Below, one piece after another: positions 51,926 to 61,012 of a stretch of DNA of 64,000 nt. The DNA is from a virus (Duplodnaviria > Caudoviricetes). The DNA is taken from positions 5,733-69,732 of IMG/VR virus record IMGVR_UViG_3300032272_000010. One strand, given 5' to 3'. Both the position numbers and the translations under genes were made by a program. Below the pieces are notes generated by a model, which worked only from the letters and a program-made list of their open reading frames with translations, ran no database searches and was not told where the DNA came from. The stretch's first letter is position 1. Each line of letters opens with the position of its first letter.

Positions 51926-51941
51926 GGGTTAATTCAACGGG
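51926..51941 (-). promoter_or_regulatory. Putative phage RNAP promoter heading the small-gene region
   Basis: CCCGTTGAATTAACCC. Confidence 0.65.
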
Positions 51942-52105
51942 CAACAGGGTACTCGTAGCGAGATAGCCTCACGGTCTGCCCAAACTCCCGCGAGACGCCA
52001 CGTATTGCACGCTTCCTGCGTTTTCGGCGATCCGGCCTTACGATGGTAAGGGGTGCGGTCGCGTGTCCACAGGGGCGCACAGGGGTTTGAAGAGCGCTTA
52101 CACGC

Positions 52106-52966
52106 TTACTCTTTAACTAGTCTTCCACATATCTCTATGCCCTCCTTTAAGCTTGTTGAGAAACCAGCAGCGTTTACGTGACCGCCACCCCCTAGGGACT
52201 TGCATATAGCACCTACATCTTCTCCGCCCACTCGTTGAGACCGCAGGGAGAAGACCCGTTGAGTAGGCGTATCTCTAAAACTAATACTAAAGGGCATGCC
52301 TTTGCACATCTCATTGCCTACCTCAGAGACAAAAGTAGTAGCATTTACTACAGGCACCTTGAAACCTAAGAAAGCAATCTCCCAGGCCTGTTCAGCAATT
52401 TTGGAAGCTTCGGAGAGGCGGCTCTTATTAAGCCAACTACCTGTCTCGGCAATATCGTCAAAAGAGTTCGGAGTTTTCAACCACTCGTCAAACTGTGTAA
52501 GATCAGCAAAAGTGTCACACTCTACAGCGATGGCAGCGTTGATGTCTCTAGAGTGAGGCAGTTTAAATCTCCAAAGGTCTCTGTCCTCGATATAAGCCAA
52601 TAACTTTGGCAGGAAGCGAATATTAGCGTTGAAGTACAGCCAAGTCAAGACTGCGCCTGAATGCTCAGTACTGGAGCCTTGCAAGTGCAAGTTGTCAGGT
52701 ATACTCACCCCTTCGAAAGATTTCAGAGAGTGTACATGGTGGTCTAACACAATGACTTCTTCGTTGCAAACTGCCAGAGCTACCATCTGGTCAGCTGGTA
52801 AACAAAAGTCTAAGAAGTAGATAACAGAGTCGACTACAGGTTCGAAGTCTTCACTGTAAGAAACAGCACAGAACTCGACGTCATCATTAGGATAGGCGTT
52901 TCTGAACACCCAAGCTGCTGCCAGACCGTCCATACAATGAGCGTGATAAAAAACTTTAGTTGTCAT
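52106..52966 (-). CDS. DHH/DHHA1 family phosphoesterase
   Basis: YHAHCMDG, FLDF, LDHH, IEDRDLW, GGGGHVNAAGF. Confidence 0.85.
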   Translation of the reverse strand: MTTKVFYHAHCMDGLAAAWVFRNAYPNDDVEFCAVSYSEDFEPVVDSVIYFLDFCLPADQMVALAVCNEEVIVLDHHVHSLKSFEGVSIPDNLHLQGSSTEHSGAVLTWLYFNANIRFLPKLLAYIEDRDLWRFKLPHSRDINAAIAVECDTFADLTQFDEWLKTPNSFDDIAETGSWLNKSRLSEASKIAEQAWEIAFLGFKVPVVNATTFVSEVGNEMCKGMPFSISFRDTPTQRVFSLRSQRVGGEDVGAICKSLGGGGHVNAAGFSTSLKEGIEICGRLVKE

Positions 52967-52969
52967 GTG

Positions 52970-53248
52970 TTAATCCTCTATGATGATATAATCAGCGATG
53001 CGTAACTTTGCGGACTGCGCTGCATTTAGCGAAATTGAAGTGTCTGTTGCCATCTTTACTAGACTATGAGGCTCCCGTCTAACACCGCAGCGCACGCACA
53101 CAGCTTGCTGGGCAGAGTAGTCTACAGCACGCCTGCCCACACCGCGTTTGCGCAGTGTTACATACCTGTTGACATACTTGTGACCTCTCTTGTCGCAGTA
53201 CCACTTCTTCAGTTTCAATGATAAAGCCTTCATCTTAGAACTCCTCAT
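52970..53248 (-). CDS. Small basic Cys/His protein
   Basis: C...GH...CVRCG. Confidence 0.5.
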   Translation of the reverse strand: MRSSKMKALSLKLKKWYCDKRGHKYVNRYVTLRKRGVGRRAVDYSAQQAVCVRCGVRREPHSLVKMATDTSISLNAAQSAKLRIADYIIIED

Positions 53249-54185
53249 TTGTGAATACGTTATCTATAAGATTAACTACATACAGCTCATCTATCTTAGT
53301 GCCCTCTGATTGAGCCCTTTTCAAACCTAGCACCAGATCGTTCATGTAGCTCTGATCAACACCTGTCAACTGCTCCTCCAATACAGCTAGATCTTCAAAG
53401 TCGACAGTCCTTATTTGATAAGAAATTTTCAACAGTTCCCCAGCACCAACTCGCCAACCACGTTTCAGAAACTTTCGAATCCTGAACAAGGAGGCTAGGG
53501 GATATAGACTTCCTTTGTAGACTAGTGTCTTGGCTAACAAGCTTTCGAGAGCCTCTGGCGGAAGGACTAGTCGTCTCTTACAATGTTCATAGTGACACAT
53601 CGCATGGACAAAGTCGTAGTTGCCGTGAAGCTCTTCGGGAGTCCCTGAGAATCTCAAAATGATCTGAAACTTATCACTAAGAGTCACTGCGTTGGCTGAA
53701 AAGAACAACGGGCGATACTTCTCTTTCGTGGGCCTCAAGCTGTCAGCTGCGGCAGGGATTGTCACTAGAGGTTCCTCCAAGATCTCCGGTTCCGAGCTAA
53801 AGCTTTCAGGCTCTTCACCGACCACCCCATCGCTCTTTATAAAGAATCCTACACGAGACTCAGTAATACCCTTGAGGTTAGTCCTGTCAACTAGACGGAC
53901 TACCGGTACACGACCGTCCTTATTTGTAGCTGTAAAGACTTTTGCGTAATGCTCAGCGACAGCTAAGGTCGTTTCCTGTGTCTTAAAGTAGACATCATAG
54001 TCATTTACAGGCTCGCCTAGCAGCATTGAAGCTATCGCCCCACCAGTCACTATTGTGTCGCGTTCCACCTTCTTGCGCAGTTCCTTCGGGAGCGTTGAAG
54101 ACCAAGCTCTAACGCGCTCTCCTAAGACCTTGCGGATAGTTGTTCGATTAAGCCCCACGTGGACCTCCTTTTGAGTTCTGTTCAA
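53235..54185 (-). CDS. Pol-beta superfamily nucleotidyltransferase
   Basis: VTGGAIAS...NDYDVYF (hG[GS]x9-13DhD), YDFVH, RIRKFLKRGW. Confidence 0.7.
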   Translation of the reverse strand: MNRTQKEVHVGLNRTTIRKVLGERVRAWSSTLPKELRKKVERDTIVTGGAIASMLLGEPVNDYDVYFKTQETTLAVAEHYAKVFTATNKDGRVPVVRLVDRTNLKGITESRVGFFIKSDGVVGEEPESFSSEPEILEEPLVTIPAAADSLRPTKEKYRPLFFSANAVTLSDKFQIILRFSGTPEELHGNYDFVHAMCHYEHCKRRLVLPPEALESLLAKTLVYKGSLYPLASLFRIRKFLKRGWRVGAGELLKISYQIRTVDFEDLAVLEEQLTGVDQSYMNDLVLGLKRAQSEGTKIDELYVVNLIDNVFTNEEF

Positions 54186-55500
54186 TTTCTAAGATGCGTT
54201 CAAGAGTGTCAGCCTCTTCCTTATCAGGACGTTCACCTTCGTAGCGAGGGTGGGTTAATGAATAGCCAGTATCCTTTTTACTCTGTGTAGTCTCCTGTGC
54301 CTTCACAGTGATTATTGAGCCTTCAAATGTGTCCCACTCAAGCATGATACGTGCCCTCTCGACATCCGAGAAACCGGCAACATCAGTACTAAGTAGACCA
54401 TCCTCTGAAACACAGATCAACGAGCCGAATGTTGCAGAGTTACGGCCAGTTCCAGGTGTGTAACCTATGACACGAAGGTCTAGCAGAATCTCTGCCTTCA
54501 GTTTCCACATGTCCAGCGCTGTGCCGTTCTTCCAGATATTATCAGGGCTCTTAAGTATTGCACCTTCGCCTCCACCAGCTCGAACCTCCCGATAGAAATC
54601 CCAGGCTTCCTCCTCTGAGTGTATTGTACGGGACTTCACAGGGTAGCCCCTGAAAGAACCCATATGAAGCCTAGACAATCTACACTTGTAAGGTTCACTG
54701 GCCAGCACACCCTCCACGGCGCTGTCGGCAACCATGTCCCAAGGACTGAAGTCCAGTGCCAAGTTTTTAGGGAGCGAACCTCCTTTTAATAGGCTGTTGA
54801 GGACACCATTTCCTTCACTGCGTCTCAGAGTAGCTGCTGGTGACTTTACTAGTAGCTCTCCGTGGTAATGGAAGCCCTCCTGGAAGTCCAGACCGAAGAG
54901 GAGATCACTAACAATATCAGGAAATACCTGGCTAGCACGCGTGCTGACAATTAAGCGATTACCACTGCGAGTAACGTTAGCAAACATCATGTCCAGCTTC
55001 TCTTGGACTATCATACCACCAGACCAGTCGACCGACTTCAAAGAGTCCGCTTTGAACAAAGACATGCGCATGTATTTAGCGACCTCGAGAAATCCAGGCG
55101 CTGCCAGATTAAGAGACTTGACACCGAACCCAGCTTTCAGGTTCTTGTTAAGGATGCGTACAAAGAGTTCAGCTGAACTTGGCGACAAGGTCTTTATGTG
55201 AGCGTGCACAGTCTCTTCTGCGAAGTTGCCAGTAAGCTCTCTACGTGCCAACTCACCAAGGATGTCGAACGTCCGATCACCAAAGGTGTTAAGCCCTGAA
55301 GTATCCGGAGACACTTTAAGTATCCCGAAGGTTGTTAAAGGGTCGTAGGCCAGACGAGCTACAGTGGCAAACAGGGGGACTTCCAAGAAGTCAGCGAGCA
55401 TGGCTGTCTTAGAATGTTTACCAGTCTCACCACCTATTATTTCAATAATGTTAAATACGTCATCACTATTCATGTGTCTGATTCTCTGTAGAAGTTTCAA
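54148..55500 (-). CDS. ATP-dependent DNA ligase (probable start MNSDD at 55473)
   Basis: Motif I QEKLD, YHGEL, PWD, EGAILK, WKLK, OB-fold HPRYEGERPDK. Confidence 0.85.
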   Translation of the reverse strand: MKLLQRIRHMNSDDVFNIIEIIGGETGKHSKTAMLADFLEVPLFATVARLAYDPLTTFGILKVSPDTSGLNTFGDRTFDILGELARRELTGNFAEETVHAHIKTLSPSSAELFVRILNKNLKAGFGVKSLNLAAPGFLEVAKYMRMSLFKADSLKSVDWSGGMIVQEKLDMMFANVTRSGNRLIVSTRASQVFPDIVSDLLFGLDFQEGFHYHGELLVKSPAATLRRSEGNGVLNSLLKGGSLPKNLALDFSPWDMVADSAVEGVLASEPYKCRLSRLHMGSFRGYPVKSRTIHSEEEAWDFYREVRAGGGEGAILKSPDNIWKNGTALDMWKLKAEILLDLRVIGYTPGTGRNSATFGSLICVSEDGLLSTDVAGFSDVERARIMLEWDTFEGSIITVKAQETTQSKKDTGYSLTHPRYEGERPDKEEADTLERILEIEQNSKGGPRGA

Positions 55501-55639
55501 AGAGGTCTTGGTAGGTGCCTTCGCTAAGACCCTCCCTCAACTTTGCCAAGGCCTGGGTCTTGCGATACTCTAAGGGCTTTCTAGTGTCCTCTAGGATGAG
55601 GATTGCTGCGGTTATTGCTACTTTAGGGTTTACCTTCAT
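55466..55639 (-). CDS. Small hypothetical protein (57 aa, missing from the ORF track)
   Basis: MKVNPKVAITAAILILEDTRKP...; AAGGA RBS. Confidence 0.5.
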   Translation of the reverse strand: MKVNPKVAITAAILILEDTRKPLEYRKTQALAKLREGLSEGTYQDLFETSTENQTHE

Positions 55640-55656
55640 TTAAGTTCCTTGTGAAA

Positions 55657-55691
55657 TTTGCGTTAAAAAGCCCCACGGAATTGTGGGGCTT
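55657..55691 (-). terminator. Intrinsic terminator after nrdJ
   Basis: AAGCCCCAC-AATTCC-GTGGGGCTT followed by TTTAACGCAAA. Confidence 0.8.
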
Positions 55692-55697
55692 CAGGTA

Positions 55698-58440
55698 CTA
55701 CCTTACAGGGCAGGCTCCAGAGGCGCATTCATCAGCACCTTCAAAGTCTGCTTGTTCAATGATCGAAGTGATCAATGTTGTCTTGCTTGTGAGATCGTTA
55801 AACTGTTCTTCAGTTATTGCCTCGTAAGGAGCTTGCAAGAAGCCATGATCCTTCGCTAGAAGAAAAGACAGAGACTTGAAAGTAGTCTTGTAATTCTCAC
55901 GTAGGTAAGCTTGGATTCCAGGAATCTCCTCTTCCTTGTAATAGACTGTACAGGATACGCTATTATCCGACCAATTACTCTGTAGCTCCTTGACATACTC
56001 AAGCTGGTCAATCGCTGTCAAATCCTCTTCCAGCACAGTATCTTCAGGATAGCTGTAAGGGAAAGTCACGATCACAGTTCCGAAGTTCTCAGTACCGTCT
56101 AGATTGAGTTGGTACTCAACAGGGTAACCGTGAGATTTGCAAACTTCCACTAAAGGGTTATCAGCAGCAATCGTGATACGTCTATACATGAAACGAGCGA
56201 TGCCTGGGTGCACCCCTGGAGTAACGCCAGGCAACAGCGATAAAGTGCCAGAGGGTTTTACAGTTGTAAGCTTTATAGAAGGGTTGAAATCGTTCATCTC
56301 AGAGTACTCTTTATCAAGATCTCTAAGGAACTCGTAAGCATCTGACAACCAAGACTTCTGCTCCTCACTGGCCTGTAAGTAACCTGTGACACCAATGCCC
56401 ATACGCATGTTACGGTGGACTACTTCTTGAGTCTCCTCCTGATGAGATGGCAGCAGTAACGAGTGCTTACACACACGATAAAGCAAGTAGATACAGTCAT
56501 GAAGTTCCTCCTCTGTTTCAATATTGGGTAAAAAGAGTTCTGCAAGACAGCAGCTCTCAAAGTTTTCTAAGGATTGTTCAGCACCATTGTTGTTACCGCA
56601 CATAATGCGGGGCACATCAGTTATGTGTGCCTCTACGTATCACTACGTAGATCAGACTGTCTCATCACCCTGTTAAGGGGTTCAACGTCCGAGCTTGTAC
56701 TGAAAGGATGGTAGTACAAAAGGATCAACAAGTAGCTCGAAGAACTCAGAGTGTTTGGTAGGCACGCTAAGGTCATAGCCAGACCCTTTCTTGACTGCAT
56801 TGATTTCCAAGTTGAAGACTGCCTTCAAACTCTTCTTAATCAACATCAAGTCACCATAACTTAAACTATTCAAATGCAATCGGTAAGTAGGCTTGGCCTT
56901 CTCCCAACGCTTGTCTACACTACGACTCCCATCGGCCATAAACATTATGGCCAACATCTCTTCATCCATCATAGTCAGCATGTGTGGGTCTACCACCTTA
57001 TGCTTCTGAATATAGATGCGATTGAAAATCTTAGTAAGTGTAGGGTGTGCTTTTGATTGCAGTCGAAGCTGTTGCTGCCGCTTGTAGCCGTCTTTCTGAT
57101 AGATAGCTGGTCTACTAAGATGGTGACCGATACCTGCACTCTCCAAGGCTGTGACAGCCATGTCAAGGTAGTCAGCATTAGCTTCAAGCATATTTATCAC
57201 AAGCGTAGCATTTTTATGTCGTCCATTCATCATCAGATGACCGTCAAACATAGATATAGCGTACAGCCGCTTCATTAAGTCTTTATTCAGTACATTACTC
57301 ACAGTCGTTACACCTTCCATATCGGATTGGCACGGGATTGTCTCTTAGAGATATCCCCCGTTTTTAGTTGAATTTTCAAAGAAGTTTACACTCCTAGGCC
57401 GCTAGCATTAACGGATTATAGCCCTGAACATTAGGGTCAGGGTACTGTGTCTCGCCTAGACGACCGACCTTTCTAGAAAGCTCTAGATTGATTAATCCGA
57501 AAGGCTCTCCACGCCCTCTATAACCTTCCCAGAACAGGTCATGCAAGTCATCGATGTCATTACACACCACTGAATTGTTGGACATGGAGCGCCACTTAGG
57601 CAACGTGCCTAGATCCCAGCGCTTGGACAGTAGATACTCTACATCGTCAGGGTCACCGATAGCTATCTGAGCTGAGCGTCTAACGTTGCCAGCAACAATG
57701 ATATACCCAATGATATTCATTATATCTAAAGCATCCACTGAGCGTATCTTGCGACCTTTACGTTTTACTAGCAATTGTGCTATCTGATCGACACCCCAGC
57801 ACAGCTCTTCAGCTCCCGAAGCTGTTCCGCCAAAACCCTTTATAGGCGTGCCCTTTGAACGAATAAGCTGCGTTGAGTACGTGAAGGTGCCCTTACTCTC
57901 TTTGTCACTCAAGAAAGCAGCTTTCAGAGTTTTTCCAAGGAATCGTACCCAACCTTCTCTAGAGTCCGGTATGATGAAGTCGGCACCTGCATCATCAGTA
58001 CGTGTAGGGGGCTTGAACCAAGTCCGAACTGCGGGCAGTTTGTCTACATGTTCACGTTGGATGTTATAACCGACACCAGAACCAAGAGCCAGCATATCCA
58101 TCGTCCAACAGAATGGCCTTATAGGGTCATCCACAACCACAAAGGCGCAATTTTGTAGAGAGGCCATTCCAAAGCGTTCAACTGTACTAGCACCTAACTG
58201 CCATAAGAAGCGGCCTGCAACAGAGCATTTAAGTGATAGCGAGAGTGTCCTGAAACGCTCCTCTTCTTCCTCTGAGAAGCCTACACCTAGCTGTTCGTCA
58301 CAGGCACGTATCACCCTATCAATTGTGTCTTCGAACTCTTCGGTGGGTGAATCCAAAGGCAGATCGTCGTCAAGCTTCCTTGAGTAGGTGCGCTTGTAAG
58401 TCAGGTAACCTACAGGGCTCCAGTTTGTTTCAATCGTCAT
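55698..58440 (-). CDS. nrdJ: Class II (AdoCbl-dependent, monomeric RTPR-type) ribonucleotide reductase; exons 58440-57411 and 56584-55698, spliced length 638 aa
   Basis: TYKRTY, LQNCAF, GNVRRSA, spliced GYNPCAEQSL, ESCCLAE, TVKPSGT, C-terminal CASGACPVR. Confidence 0.9.
56585..57410 (-). mobile_element. Group I self-splicing intron (826 nt)
   Basis: 5' exon ends in U, intron ends in G; P1 CCGU/UA-AUGC-UA/GCGG with U.G at the splice site; P7 GACUGU (57306-57301) pairs with ACAGUC (56660-56655); P9-type hairpins near the 3' end; removal restores TGT (Cys). Confidence 0.9.
56682..57320 (-). CDS. Intron-encoded LAGLIDADG homing endonuclease (two-motif type)
   Basis: LYAISMFDGHL and LAIMFMADGS motifs; lies between the two P7 strands. 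Confidence 0.8.
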   Translation of the reverse strand: MEGVTTVSNVLNKDLMKRLYAISMFDGHLMMNGRHKNATLVINMLEANADYLDMAVTALESAGIGHHLSRPAIYQKDGYKRQQQLRLQSKAHPTLTKIFNRIYIQKHKVVDPHMLTMMDEEMLAIMFMADGSRSVDKRWEKAKPTYRLHLNSLSYGDLMLIKKSLKAVFNLEINAVKKGSGYDLSVPTKHSEFFELLVDPFVLPSFQYKLGR

Positions 58441-58452
58441 TTACTTTCCTTA

Positions 58453-60174
58453 TTAAAAGTTAGTCAAACCAGGGGGTGTTCCCGTGATCCGTTGGGGTGT
58501 AAGAGGCGCTGAAGGCCCACCTACGCTTTTTGGTGCGGCATCTACCGCTACAAATTTCTCATCCAAAGATCTCAAACGACCCTCGTTGTATAGATACTCA
58601 CAACCATTCACCCGACCTGTCAAGCCAGTGTAACGGCATTTAAGCACTGATATTTCAACTTTGTTTCGAGCCTCGTCTGTTTCAGCTGTCAAATTTCTCG
58701 CAAACCCTATAATGTCATAGGAGACTTGCTTGATTGATCCAGAGCCTTTGATGTCATCTAGGCTGGGCATACGGCCTTCCTCGAAAGACTTCTTGTCAGT
58801 GGGAGCTTTCCGTAAGTGGGACACTAACCCAATCCACAGGTCGTGGCGCTTGACCAACTTGGCAAGGTCGTTCATAACCTTGTCAGTTGCCTCATTGCCA
58901 TATAGACCTTCCGCCCCCTCCGAGACAAGTATCGTGATGTGATCCACGATAATCTTCCTACAACCAGTCAAAGCCATATATTCTAGCTGCTCAATGATTG
59001 AGCTCTCACCTATTGAACCTTGGTGATCTAGAAGCGTTATCCTGTCATCCTTGAAGACTTTGTCAAAGCCTACCTTGATGTCTTCCAGAGAAATCTCGTC
59101 CTCAGCAGGGTTACGGCGTAAATGCATCCCTGCTAACTTTCTAGCTGTCTCTGCGGGTGACTCTTCTAGACTTACAATTCCGACTTTCTCATCGGACTCT
59201 GCCAGAACCTCAAGAATGATCTCACGCATCATCGTAGACTTGCCACAGCCTGTTCCTGAGACAAATAACGAGATCTCACCATTCCGCATCCCCTTCAATT
59301 TGTCATTGAGACCTCCTAGACAATCAGGGTAAGGCATAGAAGGTAGAGAGTTGTACTCTGAGAGCTGCTTCCAAACCTCTTCAGTGGATAGAATACCAGT
59401 AGGCATTCTAGATTCAGCATTCCAAATGGCACGGATTAGCGTTTCAAAATCGTCCTCTAGGAGCACCGCATTAGCATCCTTTCTGGGTAACTTTGTCACA
59501 CGAGCTTTGTCATAGCCCACGATCTTAATAGCCTCGTCTAGGGCATTCCGGCCAGCCTCATCCTCATCGAAACAGAGGATTACCTCTTCAAAGCTCCTGA
59601 TCCACTGACGCTCCTTGAGAAGCTCTGCAAGGCCTGAAGCTGACGGTAGAGAAACTACAGGGTATGTTTTATCATACTTCTGTATGTAAGCTTGTTGGAC
59701 AGCAAGTGCGTCAAACTCACCTTCCGTTATCACAAGACGTTTACCGTTACCGCTGAAACAACCTTTACCGAAAAGGCCACCAGCCTTTCCCACCCAAGTG
59801 AACTCTTTAGGCAGCTTACGACGCTTGTAACCGTCGCTGTAGGGGAAGTAGAAGGAGTCCTTGTTACCTCGGTCATCGAATCCGCACTTAACCTTGTAGA
59901 ACTGCATCACAGCCATTCCAAGACCTCTGGATTTATAACTAGCTGACTTGTACTCCTCAATGTCTGCTCTAGTTATTTTTGGCTGATACGCCCCTATCCT
60001 TATCTGGCTAGGCGATACGGGGGCTTCTACAAAAGCTTCAGAAGTGCCTTTAGGGAAGCGCGTATTGCAGGAGAAACAGAAGGACGAACCATCGTCTTTA
60101 TCCTTACGACGCCCATCGGATGAATCACAGCTAGGGTTGAGACAGGGAAACGTCCTACTATTGTCCAGAGCCAT
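58453..60174 (-). CDS. T7 gp4-like primase-helicase
   Basis: Zn finger C...C...CFSC, TOPRIM ITEGEFDA / FDED, Walker A GTGCGKST, IVDHI, VSHLRK, IKGSGSIKQ. Confidence 0.92.
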   Translation of the reverse strand: MALDNSRTFPCLNPSCDSSDGRRKDKDDGSSFCFSCNTRFPKGTSEAFVEAPVSPSQIRIGAYQPKITRADIEEYKSASYKSRGLGMAVMQFYKVKCGFDDRGNKDSFYFPYSDGYKRRKLPKEFTWVGKAGGLFGKGCFSGNGKRLVITEGEFDALAVQQAYIQKYDKTYPVVSLPSASGLAELLKERQWIRSFEEVILCFDEDEAGRNALDEAIKIVGYDKARVTKLPRKDANAVLLEDDFETLIRAIWNAESRMPTGILSTEEVWKQLSEYNSLPSMPYPDCLGGLNDKLKGMRNGEISLFVSGTGCGKSTMMREIILEVLAESDEKVGIVSLEESPAETARKLAGMHLRRNPAEDEISLEDIKVGFDKVFKDDRITLLDHQGSIGESSIIEQLEYMALTGCRKIIVDHITILVSEGAEGLYGNEATDKVMNDLAKLVKRHDLWIGLVSHLRKAPTDKKSFEEGRMPSLDDIKGSGSIKQVSYDIIGFARNLTAETDEARNKVEISVLKCRYTGLTGRVNGCEYLYNEGRLRSLDEKFVAVDAAPKSVGGPSAPLTPQRITGTPPGLTNF

Positions 60175-60403
60175 CTTTGGCCCTCTCTCCAGGTTTGCCC
60201 TTAGGTGTATTGGTGAGCGTAGTTAGCGCAATAGCAATTATAATGGCAAGTGTATAATCGGCTGATGTGAAGTCGAAACCCCCAGGCAGTAGTGCTAAAA
60301 TGTGAGCGCCTCCTGAAGATAGCGTCACTATCAATAAAGTGGCGGTTATAAATTTACCCATAACTGGATCCCTCATTGTCAAAAGGTTTAAAGGAGACCG
60401 CAA
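60158..60403 (-). CDS. Small two-TM membrane protein
   Basis: Two hydrophobic segments. Confidence 0.45.
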   Translation of the reverse strand: MRSPLNLLTMRDPVMGKFITATLLIVTLSSGGAHILALLPGGFDFTSADYTLAIIIAIALTTLTNTPKGKPGERAKDGSGQ

Positions 60404-60800
60404 GCTCTAAGCGATCTAAGTGGCGTTGGCTGATAGGCTCTTTCACATTCCAAGAAACCTTCTCAATCAATCTGTTGTACCACACCTGACTAGTGGGTGC
60501 TTGTACGTGACATAGCGACCATGTCTCAGCATACGACAGGGTGCCTTTAGTCTTATACTGTTCCAGACAAATGAACTCGAACTCAGAGAGGGGGCGCTCT
60601 GCAAAGTGCTCTTTCAGAAACTTCGACGAAGACTTATAGTGTCTCCAGCGCGATTCCTCCCCCTTATTAAGTCGCCCAGCACCTCTGAAACTCTTCTTGC
60701 CTAGATACAGTTTTTGCATATACACATCACGTATCACGTATATGAAACCCACGCCCTCCCCCATCTGTTCAGGAAACAGCCAGTGACCGTTATCAATCAT
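60354..60800 (-). CDS. GIY-YIG (Seg-like) endonuclease
   Basis: GFIYVI...KLYLGKK, Y.SSS, conserved E, terminal YN. Confidence 0.7.
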   Translation of the reverse strand: MIDNGHWLFPEQMGEGVGFIYVIRDVYMQKLYLGKKSFRGAGRLNKGEESRWRHYKSSSKFLKEHFAERPLSEFEFICLEQYKTKGTLSYAETWSLCHVQAPTSQVWYNRLIEKVSWNVKEPISQRHLDRLELAVSFKPFDNEGSSYG

Positions 60801-61012
60801 AAAGGCCTCCTTTCAATGTGGTTGTAGGCTGCTTCGACTATGGCCGCCTGCTCTTGGCCCGATCTATGCATCCACTTTTTACCAGGGTCTAATCTGTCAT
60901 TGAGATTTTCAGTACAGCCCTTGTCAAGAGCCTCTTTAGCTCTTTGCGATAGCATTGCTATCTTCAATGTATTGGCGCCGATAGGTGTTCTCCTAAGATA
61001 GTTCCTGAGCAA
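60797..61012 (-). CDS. Hypothetical protein
   Basis: 71-aa ORF overlapping its neighbours. Confidence 0.45.
   Translation of the reverse strand: MLRNYLRRTPIGANTLKIAMLSQRAKEALDKGCTENLNDRLDPGKKWMHRSGQEQAAIVEAAYNHIERRPL

Noticed and set aside
55698-58440. RNR as an intein-containing gene or a naturally split two-subunit enzyme
   Set aside because: A stop codon follows the first part and there are no intein Cys/His-Asn termini; RNA-level group I signatures restore the frame exactly.
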